Shown here one piece after another: positions 1-8,917 of a stretch of 24,449 nucleotides of DNA. Below the pieces are notes generated by a model, which saw only the letters and a list, made by a program, of their open reading frames with translations, was not told where the DNA came from and searched no databases. Position 1 is the stretch's first letter, and each line of letters begins with the position of its first letter. This DNA is from Candidatus Methylomirabilia bacterium. Its GTDB lineage: Bacteria; Methylomirabilota; Methylomirabilia; Rokubacteriales; CSP1-6. The DNA lies in contig JBGPXN010000064.1 of assembly GCA_041492755.1 (NCBI GenBank), positions 1-24,449 on the forward strand, in the 5' to 3' direction. The translations under genes and the position numbers were made by a program.

Positions 1-2006
1 CCGTCCGCGCCCCGCTTCAGCACTTCCACCGAGCCGCGCACGATGATGTAGAGCTTGTCGCCCGGGTCGCCCTCCTCGATGATTCGCTTGCCTTCCGGGT
101 ACCGTTCGGTGACGAAGCGGTCGGCGATGACCGCCAGGTGCGACTTGTCCAGATCACCGAACAGCGGAATCGCGCCGAGGCGACCGGCCTCCACTTCGGC
201 GCGCTGGCCGTCGTCGCTGATCACGAAACCGCCCTGGTGCTGCCACAGGCGGTAGTACGCGCCGCGCAGCGCGAGGAGCTCCGCGTGCTGTCCCTGCTCG
301 ACGACGCGTCCGCCGTCGAGGACGACGATCGTATCGGCTTCGACGGCGGTCGAGAGGCGGTGAGTGACCGAGATCACGGTGCGGGTCTCGGCCAGGCGCT
401 TGAGCGTGCGCTGGATGGCGACCTCGGTGGGCGGGTCGAGGGCCGCCGTCGCCTCGTCCAGGATGAGGATGGCGGGATCGCGCAGGATCGCCCGGGCCAG
501 GGCCAGGCGCTGCCGCTGGCCACCGGAGAGGCGCCCGCCCCGTTCGCCGACCACGGTGTCGTAGCCCTTCGGCAGCGCGACGATGAAATCGTGGATCTCC
601 GCGGCCCGGGTGGCCGCCTCGATGTCGCCGTCCGTGGCCCCGGGTCGGGCCAGCCGGACGTTCTCGCGGATCGTCGTGTTGAACAGCACCGTCTCCTGCG
701 ACACGATGCCGATCTGGGCGCGCAGGGACCGCTGCGTCACCTCCCGCACGTCGCGGCCGTCGATGGTGATCGATCCCTGCTGCGGATCGTAGAAGCGCGT
801 GATGAGTCCGAGCACCGTGCTCTTGCCGGAGCCGCTTCCGCCCACCAGGGCGACGGACCGCCGGGCGGGGATGCTCACGGTGACGTCCTCCAAATTGCGT
901 TGCTCGCCCGTGTAGCTGAAGCCGACGTGACTGAGGCGCAGCTCGCCGGCCAGGCGTGGTGCCGGCGCCGCGGCCGGGTCGTCGAGGACGGCGCGCTCCG
1001 CCAGCAGCTGGTCGATGCCCCGCATCCCGCTCGTCGCCTGCAACAGCGCCGGGAGCGCCTGCGAGAGGTTGGAGACCGCGAGCCCGAGGTTCACGAACGT
1101 TCCGATGAAGGCGAACAGCGCCCCGACCGCGAGCCGATCGTGAAACACCAGCCAGGCGCCGGTCCCGATGATGGCGAGCTGAGCGACGTTGACCCCCACC
1201 TCGGCGGTCTTCACGACCAGGCTGGCCAGATAGCTCGCCCGCGCGCTGGCGTGCGCCTGGGTGCCGAGCTGTTGCTGCAGGCTGGTGCGCCGCGCCTCCT
1301 CGAGCCCGAACGCCCGGACCACCGCCTGCGCGCTGATATTTTCCTGGATGGCCGCCAGCACCGCCGCGTCTTCGCGCCCGCGATCGTCGTTGGCATCCGT
1401 CGCGGCGCGTGACAGCAGCCGCGGTCCGAGGATCGACAGCGGGAGGAGCGCGACCGTGAGCAGCGCGAGGCCGGCGTGCAGCCAGAAGAGCAGCACGATG
1501 CTGACGACCACCTGGAGCGAAGCATAGACCAGCGTCGGAAGCGACTTCGCCAGCGCGGCTTCCAGAGGCGCGAGGTCGTTGGAGAAGCGAGCGATGACGT
1601 CGCCGGTCGAGGTCCGGGAGTAGAAAGACATCGACAGACGCTGCAGGTGCTCGAACATCGTCAGGCCGATGTCGTTCAGGACGCGGGCCACGACCCGCGC
1701 CGCCACCACGTCTTTGACGATCCCGGCCACGGCCGCGATCACGAACAGACCGCCGAGCGTGGCCAGGATGACGACCAGGAGCCGGCCATCCCGCGGAACG
1801 ATGGCGTGATCGATGAGGAAGCTGAAGCTCAGCGGCAGGCTCGTGTAGAACGCGAGCTCCAGGCACAAGCCGATGAGCACCAGCACCGCGTGCGCCCGGT
1901 AGGGACGGAGATAGCCGATGGCGCGGCGCAGGAATCGACCGACGCCAAGGGGAGCCGGGGCCGCACGCTGCACGTCGGGGCGATCGACGGCGTCCATCGA
2001 CTCCAT
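1..2006 (-). CDS. ABC exporter (TMD + NBD) fused to a C-terminal cyclic-nucleotide-binding domain; 3' end lies outside the window
   Basis: Hand translation; this frame is missing from the ORF track because it runs off the edge. ATG at 2006 (alternative 1997), hydrophobic N-terminal segments, Walker A GGSGSGKST, signature LSGGQRQR, Walker B ILILDEATAALD, then RFVTERYPEGKRIIEEGDPGDKLYIIVRGSVEVLK, typical of CAP/cNMP domains. Confidence 0.9.
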   Translation of the reverse strand, partial: MESMDAVDRPDVQRAAPAPLGVGRFLRRAIGYLRPYRAHAVLVLIGLCLELAFYTSLPLSFSFLIDHAIVPRDGRLLVVILATLGGLFVIAAVAGIVKDVVAARVVARVLNDIGLTMFEHLQRLSMSFYSRTSTGDVIARFSNDLAPLEAALAKSLPTLVYASLQVVVSIVLLFWLHAGLALLTVALLPLSILGPRLLSRAATDANDDRGREDAAVLAAIQENISAQAVVRAFGLEEARRTSLQQQLGTQAHASARASYLASLVVKTAEVGVNVAQLAIIGTGAWLVFHDRLAVGALFAFIGTFVNLGLAVSNLSQALPALLQATSGMRGIDQLLAERAVLDDPAAAPAPRLAGELRLSHVGFSYTGEQRNLEDVTVSIPARRSVALVGGSGSGKSTVLGLITRFYDPQQGSITIDGRDVREVTQRSLRAQIGIVSQETVLFNTTIRENVRLARPGATDGDIEAATRAAEIHDFIVALPKGYDTVVGERGGRLSGGQRQRLALARAILRDPAILILDEATAALDPPTEVAIQRTLKRLAETRTVISVTHRLSTAVEADTIVVLDGGRVVEQGQHAELLALRGAYYRLWQHQGGFVISDDGQRAEVEAGRLGAIPLFGDLDKSHLAVIADRFVTERYPEGKRIIEEGDPGDKLYIIVRGSVEVLKRGAD

Positions 2007-2068
2007 CAGCCCCGGCTCGTCGGTCCTTCGCGCCAGTGCCCGACACCCGAGATCATCCGTTCCAAGCG

Positions 2069-3121
2069 CTACAACGCCGCGGCGATCGTCTCGCCGACGT
2101 CCTTGGTGGATGCCGTGCCCCCCAGGTCGCGCGTGAGCGTCTTGCCATCCGCCACGACGCGCTCGATGGCGTCGACGACGGCGCGGGCGGCGTCGGGGTG
2201 GCCGAGATGCTCGATCATCATCGCGCCCGTCCAGATCTGGGCGATCGGGTTGGCCAGGTTTCGGCCCGCGATGTCCGGGGCGGAGCCGTGGACGGGCTCG
2301 AACATCGACGGATACTCTTTCTCGGGGTTGATGTTGCCCCCGGGCGCGATGCCGATCGAGCCCGCGATGGCGGGACCGAGATCGGACAGGATGTCGCCAA
2401 AGAGGTTGCTGCCCACGACGACGTCGAACCAGTCGGGGTGCTGGACGAAGTGCGCGGTGAGGATGTCGATGTGGAACTGCGCGGTCTTCACCTGGGGATA
2501 CTGCTTGGCCATCGCGGCGAAGCGCTCGTCCCAGTACGGCATGCTGTGGATGATGCCGTTGGACTTGGTGGCCGAGGTGACGTGCCGCCGGCGCGTCAGG
2601 GCGCGCTCGAACGCGTAGCGCATGATGCGGTCGCAGCCGCGGCGCGTGAACACCGACTGCTGCATGGCCAGCTCGTCGGGCGTGTCGCGGTAGAGGCGGC
2701 CACCGATCTCGGAGTACTCGCCTTCGTTGTTCTCGCGCACGATCAGCATGTCGATGTCGCCCGGCCCGCGACCGGCGAGCGGCGACCGCACCCCGTTGAG
2801 CAAGCGCACCGGGCGCAGGTTGACGTACTGGTGGAAGCCGCGGCGAATCGGGATCAGGAGCCCCCAGAGCGAGACGTGATCCGGCACGCCGGGGAAGCCG
2901 ACCGCGCCGAGGAAAATCGACTCGAACCGGCGAAGCTGCTCCAGCCCGTCTTCCGGCATCATCCGGCCGGTCTTGCTATAACGTTCGCAGCTCCAGTCGA
3001 ATTCCGTCCACTCGAGCGTGAAGCCGAACTTTCGGCCGGCCGCCTCCAGGACCTTCATGCCCTCGGGGAGGACTTCCTTGCCGATCCCGTCGCCGGGAAT
3101 GACCGCGATCCGATGCGCCAT
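2069..3121 (-). CDS. dmlA: Tartrate dehydrogenase / D-malate dehydrogenase (decarboxylating), isocitrate/isopropylmalate dehydrogenase family
   Basis: IAVIPGDGIGKEV, PDHVSLWGLL, VRENNEGEYS, SATKSNG, SNLFGDILSD and FEPVHGSAPDIAG motifs; AAGGAG SD upstream. Confidence 0.9.
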   Translation of the reverse strand: MAHRIAVIPGDGIGKEVLPEGMKVLEAAGRKFGFTLEWTEFDWSCERYSKTGRMMPEDGLEQLRRFESIFLGAVGFPGVPDHVSLWGLLIPIRRGFHQYVNLRPVRLLNGVRSPLAGRGPGDIDMLIVRENNEGEYSEIGGRLYRDTPDELAMQQSVFTRRGCDRIMRYAFERALTRRRHVTSATKSNGIIHSMPYWDERFAAMAKQYPQVKTAQFHIDILTAHFVQHPDWFDVVVGSNLFGDILSDLGPAIAGSIGIAPGGNINPEKEYPSMFEPVHGSAPDIAGRNLANPIAQIWTGAMMIEHLGHPDAARAVVDAIERVVADGKTLTRDLGGTASTKDVGETIAAAL

Positions 3122-3140
3122 GCTCGGGTCTCCTTATTAG

Positions 3141-3287
3141 ATGGGGGCCCCGAAATGGCCCCCATACCCCCAACGCTCGGAGCGCCCCGGGGAACCCGGG
3201 GCGCGCCTCGATGACCGGCGCGCCCCGGGACGGCTTCCATACCTCCAAGGCTCGGCGCTTCCCGGGAACCCCGGGGCGCGCCTCGAT
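3141..3287. repeat. REP-like palindromic intergenic repeat: two imperfect 51-bp direct copies (3162-3212, 3237-3287) plus hairpins
   Basis: ccatacccccaacgctcggagcgccccggggaacccggggcgcgcctcgat vs ccatacctccaaggctcggcgcttcccgggaaccccggggcgcgcctcgat. Perfect stems: atgggggcc/ggcccccat (3141-3165) and gcgccccggg/cccggggcgc (3182-3204). Confidence 0.8.
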
Positions 3288-3368
3288 TCCCGCGTCAGGC
3301 GTCGATCATCGCCCCGGGGGGCCGTTTCGTCTATCCTCTATGCTCGTGAGCCCTGGAGGGATACGCCA

Positions 3369-5447
3369 GTGAGCCCGACACCGACTCCCGGAGTCGTCAC
3401 GTCCACGCCCACCGGCGTCGGCCGGCACGTCGTCCGCACGATGTGTCCGATGAACTGCCACCCGACGCTGTGCGGGATGCTGGTCGAGGTCGAAGACGGA
3501 CGTCTGGTCCGCGTGGCGGGTGATCCGGACAACCCCGACAGCCAGGGGTTTCTCTGCATCCGCGGGCACGCGTCGCGCGAGATCATCGGCAACCCCGAGC
3601 GTCTCCTCCATCCGCTGGCGCGGTCGCGCCGGAGCGATGCCTGGCACCGCATCACGTGGGACGAGGCGCTCGATCGCATCGCCGAGCGGATGCAGGCGGT
3701 CGGGCGCGAAGCCGTCGGCACGTGGTCGGGCCATGGCCTCTTCACCAACAACTACGGCACGCGCATCCACTCGCACCTGCTGCGGCGGTTCTCCAATCTC
3801 TACGGCTGCCAGTGGTGGAGCCCCACGATGATCTGCTGGGGGCTGGGAGGCTTCGGTCTCGGGCTCACCGGCGCGCTCGAGGTGAACACCAAGGAGGACA
3901 TGGGCGCGCACTCGCGGCTCATCGTGATGTGGGGCGCGAACCTCGCGAGCCAGCCGAACACCGCTCGGTACCTGACGGCCGCGCGCCGCCGCGGCGCGTT
4001 CGTCATCACCATCGACGTGCGCGAGACGGAAGCCGTGGCGCAGTCGGACGCCGCCATCTTGCTGAAGCCGGGCACGGACGCCGCGCTCGCCCTCGGCATG
4101 ATGCACGTGATCGTGAAGGAAGGGCTGCACGATCGCACGTTCGTGGCCGCGCACACCGTTGGATTCGACGCGCTCGTCGCCCACCTCGAGCGTCATTCGC
4201 CGGCGTGGGCGGCCGAGGTCACCGGGGTTCCGGCCGGCCGCATCGCGGATCTCGCGCGCCGCTACGCGACGACGGCGCCGGCGATGATCCTGCTCGGCGG
4301 CAGCTCGATGCACAAGGGCGCGAACGGCTGGCAGGGTGGCCGCGCCATCGGCTGCCTGCCGGCGCTGACGGGCAACCTCGGCATCCCCGGCGGCGGCTTC
4401 GGCCCCCGTCACGGCGCCGCGACCCACGGCCAGGCCCTGGAGAACATCGTCGCGCTCGACCGCCGGCCGCCGGGACGGTACGTGCCAAACCAGATGGAGA
4501 CGATCACCGAGGCGCTGGTGGATGGCACGGTGCGCGTCCTGCTGCTCTTCGGCACCGACATGCTGTCGTCCTACGCCGACGCCGGCCGCCTCGAGGCCGG
4601 CCTGGCCCGCACCGATCTCGTCGTCAGCTACGACCTCTTCATGCACGAGACCGCGCGCCGCGTTTCCGACGTGGTGCTTCCGGCCACCGCGTGGCTCGAG
4701 GAGCTCGGTTGCAAGAGCACCAACACGCACCTGTACCTCATGCCACGCGTCCTGGAGCCCGCGGGCGAGACGCGTGCGCTGCCGTGGGTCCTGCGCGAGC
4801 TGGGAGGTCGCCTCGGGGTGCCGGACGTCTTTCCGTGGACGGGCGACGAGGGGCCGCTCGACGCGATCCTCGACCATCCGTCCACCGGCCACGCCACCGT
4901 CGACGCGCTGCGGGCCGAGGGCGGCATTCGCGCGCTGAAGATCTCCCACGTCGCCCATCCGACCCGGCGGTTCGACACGCCGTCGGGCCGGATCGAGTTC
5001 GTCTCGGCCCGCGCCGAAGCGCTCGGTCTGCCGTCGCTGCCGATCCACGAGGACTTGCCGACGTCCGCCACCTACCCGCTCGTGTTCCGGCAGGGACGCA
5101 CCTTGACGCACTTCCACGGGTTCTACGACCACGGACGCGCGCTCCCCACGCTGGCCAAAGCCGATCCCGAACCCGAGCTGTGGATCTCGCCGGCCGATGC
5201 GGCGGCCCGCGCGGTGATGGACGGTGCAGCGATCCGTCTCTACAACGAGCGCGGGGAGCTGCCGTGTCGCGCGCGGGTGACGACGCGGATTCCCGCCGGC
5301 ACGGTGTGGATGCGCGATGGCTGGAACGGCCTCAACCGGCTCACGTCGGGCCGGCGCGTGCTGCCCGACGCGGCCGTCGACCTCTTCGCGTTCTCCGCGG
5401 GTCAGGCCGAATTCGACGCGATGGTCGAGGTGGCGCCCGTCGGCTGA
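3369..5447 (+). CDS. Molybdopterin-dependent oxidoreductase (DMSO reductase/Mo-bisPGD family) catalytic subunit with an N-terminal 4Fe-4S motif
   Basis: GTG at 3369 with GGAGGG SD at 3355-3360. Motifs CPMNCHPTLC...LCIRG, ITWDEALD, LKPGTDAALA, SDVVLPATAWLE, FDTPSGRIEF, and a C-terminal molybdopterin dinucleotide-binding domain. No Tat signal. Confidence 0.9.
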   Translation: MSPTPTPGVVTSTPTGVGRHVVRTMCPMNCHPTLCGMLVEVEDGRLVRVAGDPDNPDSQGFLCIRGHASREIIGNPERLLHPLARSRRSDAWHRITWDEALDRIAERMQAVGREAVGTWSGHGLFTNNYGTRIHSHLLRRFSNLYGCQWWSPTMICWGLGGFGLGLTGALEVNTKEDMGAHSRLIVMWGANLASQPNTARYLTAARRRGAFVITIDVRETEAVAQSDAAILLKPGTDAALALGMMHVIVKEGLHDRTFVAAHTVGFDALVAHLERHSPAWAAEVTGVPAGRIADLARRYATTAPAMILLGGSSMHKGANGWQGGRAIGCLPALTGNLGIPGGGFGPRHGAATHGQALENIVALDRRPPGRYVPNQMETITEALVDGTVRVLLLFGTDMLSSYADAGRLEAGLARTDLVVSYDLFMHETARRVSDVVLPATAWLEELGCKSTNTHLYLMPRVLEPAGETRALPWVLRELGGRLGVPDVFPWTGDEGPLDAILDHPSTGHATVDALRAEGGIRALKISHVAHPTRRFDTPSGRIEFVSARAEALGLPSLPIHEDLPTSATYPLVFRQGRTLTHFHGFYDHGRALPTLAKADPEPELWISPADAAARAVMDGAAIRLYNERGELPCRARVTTRIPAGTVWMRDGWNGLNRLTSGRRVLPDAAVDLFAFSAGQAEFDAMVEVAPVG

Positions 5448-6475
5448 TCGTCCGGCGGCCGGGGTGTCGCGCGCCGGAAGCGCCGTCGGAGTGCCGCCCA
5501 CCCATATCCCAGGTAGACCAGGCCGATCATCAGGGCCGCCGTCGCCGCGCCGTACCGGCTCCAGCTCGTGAATGACACGCCGAGCAGCCGTTTGACGATC
5601 GTGTACGCGATGACCTGGTGCACGACGTAGAGCACGAACGCCGTCTGCCCGAGGATCATGAGCCAGGCCGGCGCGTACCGGCGCGCCTCGAGGAGCCAGT
5701 AGGACGCCGCGAGCAACGCGAGGACGCTGCCCGCGATCCACAGGAGCGTGAGGCCGCGCGGGGTCCAGTGCTGGTTCAGGAGGAAGTCGCGCTTGAAGGA
5801 GAGGTGCGGCACCGGGCCAAACGCCATCTCGAGGACGGCGAAGAGCGCGAGGCAGGCGACTCCGCCCGCGCCGAGCGCGGCCATGGAGCGCCCACGGCGC
5901 GGCGCCGGCACGTCGAGCCACACGAGGCCCAGCGCCACACCGACCAGCACCATGCCGATCCACGGCCAGGGCGGGAAATCGAAGAAGAATACGTCGGCCA
6001 CGACCGGATGGGCAGGAAGCCAGGCCGCGAGCGTGGGAAAGGACCATGCGAACGTGAGGTAGAGCAACGCGGCCAGCAGGAACAGCGCGGCCGGGCCGGC
6101 CGGCCCTCGCGCCAGCGCCAGCGCCGCCACCGTCACGAGAATGCCGGTGCCGATCGTCTGCAGCACGCCCCCCGACCATATCGGGTCCTCGGGGAAGACC
6201 AGCGCGTTGAGCAGGTAGCCCGTCAGGAGCAAGACGAACGCGCGTCGCGTCCAGTGCGCGGCGACGGGGCGCTCCGGATGGCGCGCGTGCGCGAGCGGTA
6301 TGCAGAAGCCGACCAGGAACAGGAAGATCGGGGCGGCCAGCGTGAGCGTGACGTAGATGACCTGGTAGCGGAACCACCCCATCGGCCGGTCGATCCACCA
6401 CCGTGCCGTGTGGTTCACCACCATCAGCACGAGCGCGAGACCGCGGAGGCCGTCGAGGAAGCGGAGTCGGTCCAG
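5402..6475 (-). CDS. DUF1624 / heparan-alpha-glucosaminide N-acetyltransferase-like polytopic membrane protein
   Basis: The in-frame region upstream of the ORF-track start encodes DRLRFLDGLRGLALVLMVVNH, the family N-terminal motif, so the start is placed at CTG 6475 (uncertain). Also AAPIFLFLVG, GVLQTIG and FPPWPW, with many TM segments. Confidence 0.75.
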   Translation of the reverse strand: MDRLRFLDGLRGLALVLMVVNHTARWWIDRPMGWFRYQVIYVTLTLAAPIFLFLVGFCIPLAHARHPERPVAAHWTRRAFVLLLTGYLLNALVFPEDPIWSGGVLQTIGTGILVTVAALALARGPAGPAALFLLAALLYLTFAWSFPTLAAWLPAHPVVADVFFFDFPPWPWIGMVLVGVALGLVWLDVPAPRRGRSMAALGAGGVACLALFAVLEMAFGPVPHLSFKRDFLLNQHWTPRGLTLLWIAGSVLALLAASYWLLEARRYAPAWLMILGQTAFVLYVVHQVIAYTIVKRLLGVSFTSWSRYGAATAALMIGLVYLGYGWAALRRRFRRATPRPPDDQPTGATSTIASNSA

Positions 6476-6490
6476 TCTGCCGCCCGGGGT

Positions 6491-6712
6491 CTAGCGCTTT
6501 CGAGCGCCGACGATGACGAGCACGACACCGGCGGCCAGCGAAAGACCGCCGAGCAGCGGAGGCAGGGGAATGGTCCTCTGCTTCTCCGCTTCCACTTTCA
6601 GCGGGCCGATCTCGACGATCTTTTCCTTGGTGGTGTAGGTGATGCCCTGGTAGGCCAGCGCCACGATCCCGAACACGATGAGAATCACGCCGATGATCAC
6701 GATAGGTTTCAT
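6491..6712 (-). CDS. Small two-TM membrane protein, DUF3185-like (73 aa)
   Basis: MKPIVIIGVILIVFGIVALAYQGITYTTKEKIVEIGPLKVEAEKQRTIPLPPLLGG...; ATG at 6712 with GGAGGG SD. Confidence 0.8.
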   Translation of the reverse strand: MKPIVIIGVILIVFGIVALAYQGITYTTKEKIVEIGPLKVEAEKQRTIPLPPLLGGLSLAAGVVLVIVGARKR

Positions 6713-6801
6713 GCGACCCTCCGTCGGCGCTCCGCGCTTCCGTCGACGCTCCGCTGTTAAGGTATCATGGCGGAACACCCTGACCCGGGCTGGAGGCTGT
6801 G

Positions 6802-8382
6802 ATGCGACGGCTGATCACGATCTACGACACGACGCTTCGGGACGGGACGCAGGGCGAGGGCGTGTCGTTCTCCGGAGAAGACAAGATCCGGCTCGCCACG
6901 CGGCTGGACGCACTCGGCATCCATTACATCGAGGGCGGCTGGCCGGGCTCCAATCCCAAGGATCTGCGCTTCTTCCGCCGCATGCAGGACGTGGCCCTCA
7001 AGCACGCCAAGCTCGCCGCCTTCAGCATGACCCGGCGCGCCGGTGGCGCGACCGAGACCGATCCGAACATGCAAGCGCTGATCGACTCGGGCGCGCCCGT
7101 GGCCACCATCGTCGGCAAGTCCTGGGACTTCCACGTCACCCATGCCCTGGAGACGACGCTCCCCGAGAACCTCGCCATGATCCGCGACTCCATCGGGTTC
7201 CTCCGTCCCCGGATGGACGAGGTCATCTACGACGCCGAGCACTTCTTCGACGGCTTCCGCGCCAACCCGGAGTACGCGCTCCAGACGCTGCGGGCCGCGG
7301 AGGAAGGCGGCGCCCACTGGCTGGTGCTCTGCGACACCAACGGCGGCACCCTGCCCGCCGACCTCGCCGAGATCGTGCGCACCGTGCGCAAGCACGTCCG
7401 CACCCGGCTGGGCATCCACGTCCACAACGACGCCGAGTGCGCGGTGGCGAACTCGCTGGCCGCGGTGGCCGAGGGCGTCGACCAGGTGCAGGGCACGATC
7501 AACGGCTTCGGCGAGCGCTGCGGCAACGCGAACCTCGTGTCCATCATCCCGAGCCTCGTGCTCAAGATGGGCCTGGACTGCATTCCGGAGGCGAACCTGC
7601 GCGAGCTGCGCAGGCTCTCGCGGTTCGTCTCGGAGCTGGCCAACAAGAAGCCGTGGGACTCGCAGCCCTACACCGGCGACTCCGCCTTCGCCCACAAGGG
7701 CGGTATGCACGTCTCGGCCGTGGTCAAGCATCCCCACACGTACGAGCACGTCGATCCGGAGGCGGTCGGCAATCACCGGCGCGTGCTCGTCTCCGAGCTC
7801 TCCGGGAAGTCGAACGTCCTCTGGAAGGCGCGGGAGTACGGCATCGACCTCGACAAGGAAACGCCGGACTCACGCCGCATCCTCGATCAGCTCAAGACGC
7901 TCGAGGACCAGGGCTTCCAGTTCGAGGGCGCCGAGGCCTCGTTCGAGCTCCTCATGGAGCGCGCCCTCGGACACTACCAGCCCTACTTCCAGCTCGAGGC
8001 GTATCGCGTGATCGTCGAAGAGCAGAACGCCGGCGGCGAGCCGGTGGCCGAAGCGACCGTGCGCGTGCGCGTGAAGGGCATGCTCGAGCACACCGCGGGC
8101 GCCGGCAACGGTCCCGTGAACGCGCTCGACTCCGCGCTCCGCAAGGCGCTCGAGGAGTTCTATCCCAACCTGCGCCAGATGCGGCTGCTCGATTACAAGG
8201 TCCGTATCCTCGACGAGTCCAAGGGCACCGCGGCCAAGACCCGCGTGCTCATCACGTCCGGCGACGGCGACGAGACCTGGGGCACCGTGGGTGTGGCCGA
8301 CAACATCATCGAAGCGTCGTGGCAGGCGCTGGTCGACTCGATCGAGTACAAGCTCCACCGCGACGAGCGGCGGGAGGCCTGA
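6802..8382 (+). CDS. cimA: (R)-citramalate synthase (LeuA/CimA family, with C-terminal regulatory domain)
   Basis: [87 protein letters not shown] at 6792-6796. Confidence 0.93.
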   Translation: MRRLITIYDTTLRDGTQGEGVSFSGEDKIRLATRLDALGIHYIEGGWPGSNPKDLRFFRRMQDVALKHAKLAAFSMTRRAGGATETDPNMQALIDSGAPVATIVGKSWDFHVTHALETTLPENLAMIRDSIGFLRPRMDEVIYDAEHFFDGFRANPEYALQTLRAAEEGGAHWLVLCDTNGGTLPADLAEIVRTVRKHVRTRLGIHVHNDAECAVANSLAAVAEGVDQVQGTINGFGERCGNANLVSIIPSLVLKMGLDCIPEANLRELRRLSRFVSELANKKPWDSQPYTGDSAFAHKGGMHVSAVVKHPHTYEHVDPEAVGNHRRVLVSELSGKSNVLWKAREYGIDLDKETPDSRRILDQLKTLEDQGFQFEGAEASFELLMERALGHYQPYFQLEAYRVIVEEQNAGGEPVAEATVRVRVKGMLEHTAGAGNGPVNALDSALRKALEEFYPNLRQMRLLDYKVRILDESKGTAAKTRVLITSGDGDETWGTVGVADNIIEASWQALVDSIEYKLHRDERREA

Positions 8383-8411
8383 CCGCCAGTTCGGATCACC
8401 AAGCTTCGTTA

Positions 8412-8643
8412 CTGGTTCGTGAACGCGCGACGCGGTCGCCGACCGGGGGGCACGGGCGGAGCTGGGGGGACGGGGTCCTCTGACCACAGCCGACGGTGTA
8501 CCGATCACCGGCGAGCCGTTCCCAGTCCCTACGGCGATGTCGTCGTCTCGCGTGGCGGGAAATGGGTCACCCGGACCCCATCCCCCCATCTCCGCCCGTG
8601 CCCCCCGGTCGATCGCGGTGGGCGCGTTCACGAATAATCCAGG
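8412..8643. mobile_element. MITE-like element with long (about 70 bp) terminal inverted repeats
   Basis: 8440-8478 and 8573-8611 are inverted repeats with 37/39 matches. Outer ttcgtgaacgcgc (8416-8428) pairs with gcgcgttcacgaa (8622-8634). The right end ...gaataatccagg is followed by CTAG. No credible ORF inside. Confidence 0.65.
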
Positions 8644-8917
8644 CTAGAGCCGTTCTTGGAAGAGGTTCGACTTCGTCCACCAGCACCCGCTTTTGATCTG
8701 GAGCGTCCGAGGGTTCGCGCCCTGAACCTCTAGCGTCCAAAGTCAAAGCTCCGCGTGCGTATTCGGAGTCAGCTCTTTCCTGACCCCGGCTCCCCCGTAG
8801 AAGCATCCCAAGCCCCTCGGGGGAGTCCGGCTCCCGAAGTGGCGGGTGGCCGCGCTTCTTGCGGCTGCTTCCATCGATGGAGGAAGTTGAAACACGCAAG
8901 GCCGGGTGACGTCTAGC

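Noticed and set aside
138..2618. Long ORFs 138..1412(+), 1476..2618(+) and 154..2046(-)
   Set aside because: Antisense or off-frame shadows of the ABC exporter and dehydrogenase in high-GC DNA; no motifs.
3162..3287. CRISPR array interpretation of the two repeats
   Set aside because: Only two divergent 51-bp copies, and no cas genes in the window.
3306..6401. 1031-aa minus ORF and 639-aa plus ORF
   Set aside because: Shadow frames of the molybdoenzyme and the DUF1624-like gene; Arg/Ala/Gly-rich with no recognisable domain.
2069..8382. dmlA and cimA as a dedicated citramalate-pathway cluster
   Set aside because: Opposite strands, three unrelated genes between them, and no isomerase; proximity alone is insufficient.
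8661..8682. tRNA/tmRNA 3'-end-like string ggttcgacttcgtccacca
   Set aside because: The distance from the T-loop to CCA is about 6 nt too short, and there is no proper T-stem or acceptor stem.
8769..8798. Walker-A-like GEPGSGKS on the minus strand
   Set aside because: Immediately followed by a stop, with no supporting context; may be chance unless BLASTX finds an NTPase relic.
8860..8895. SRP-like (GGAAGCAGCC, minus) and RNase P-like (GAGGAAG, plus) words
   Set aside because: The flanking conserved elements of either RNA are absent.
8567..8899. 110-aa minus ORF
   Set aside because: No SD, atypical codon usage, and it runs into the inverted-repeat element.
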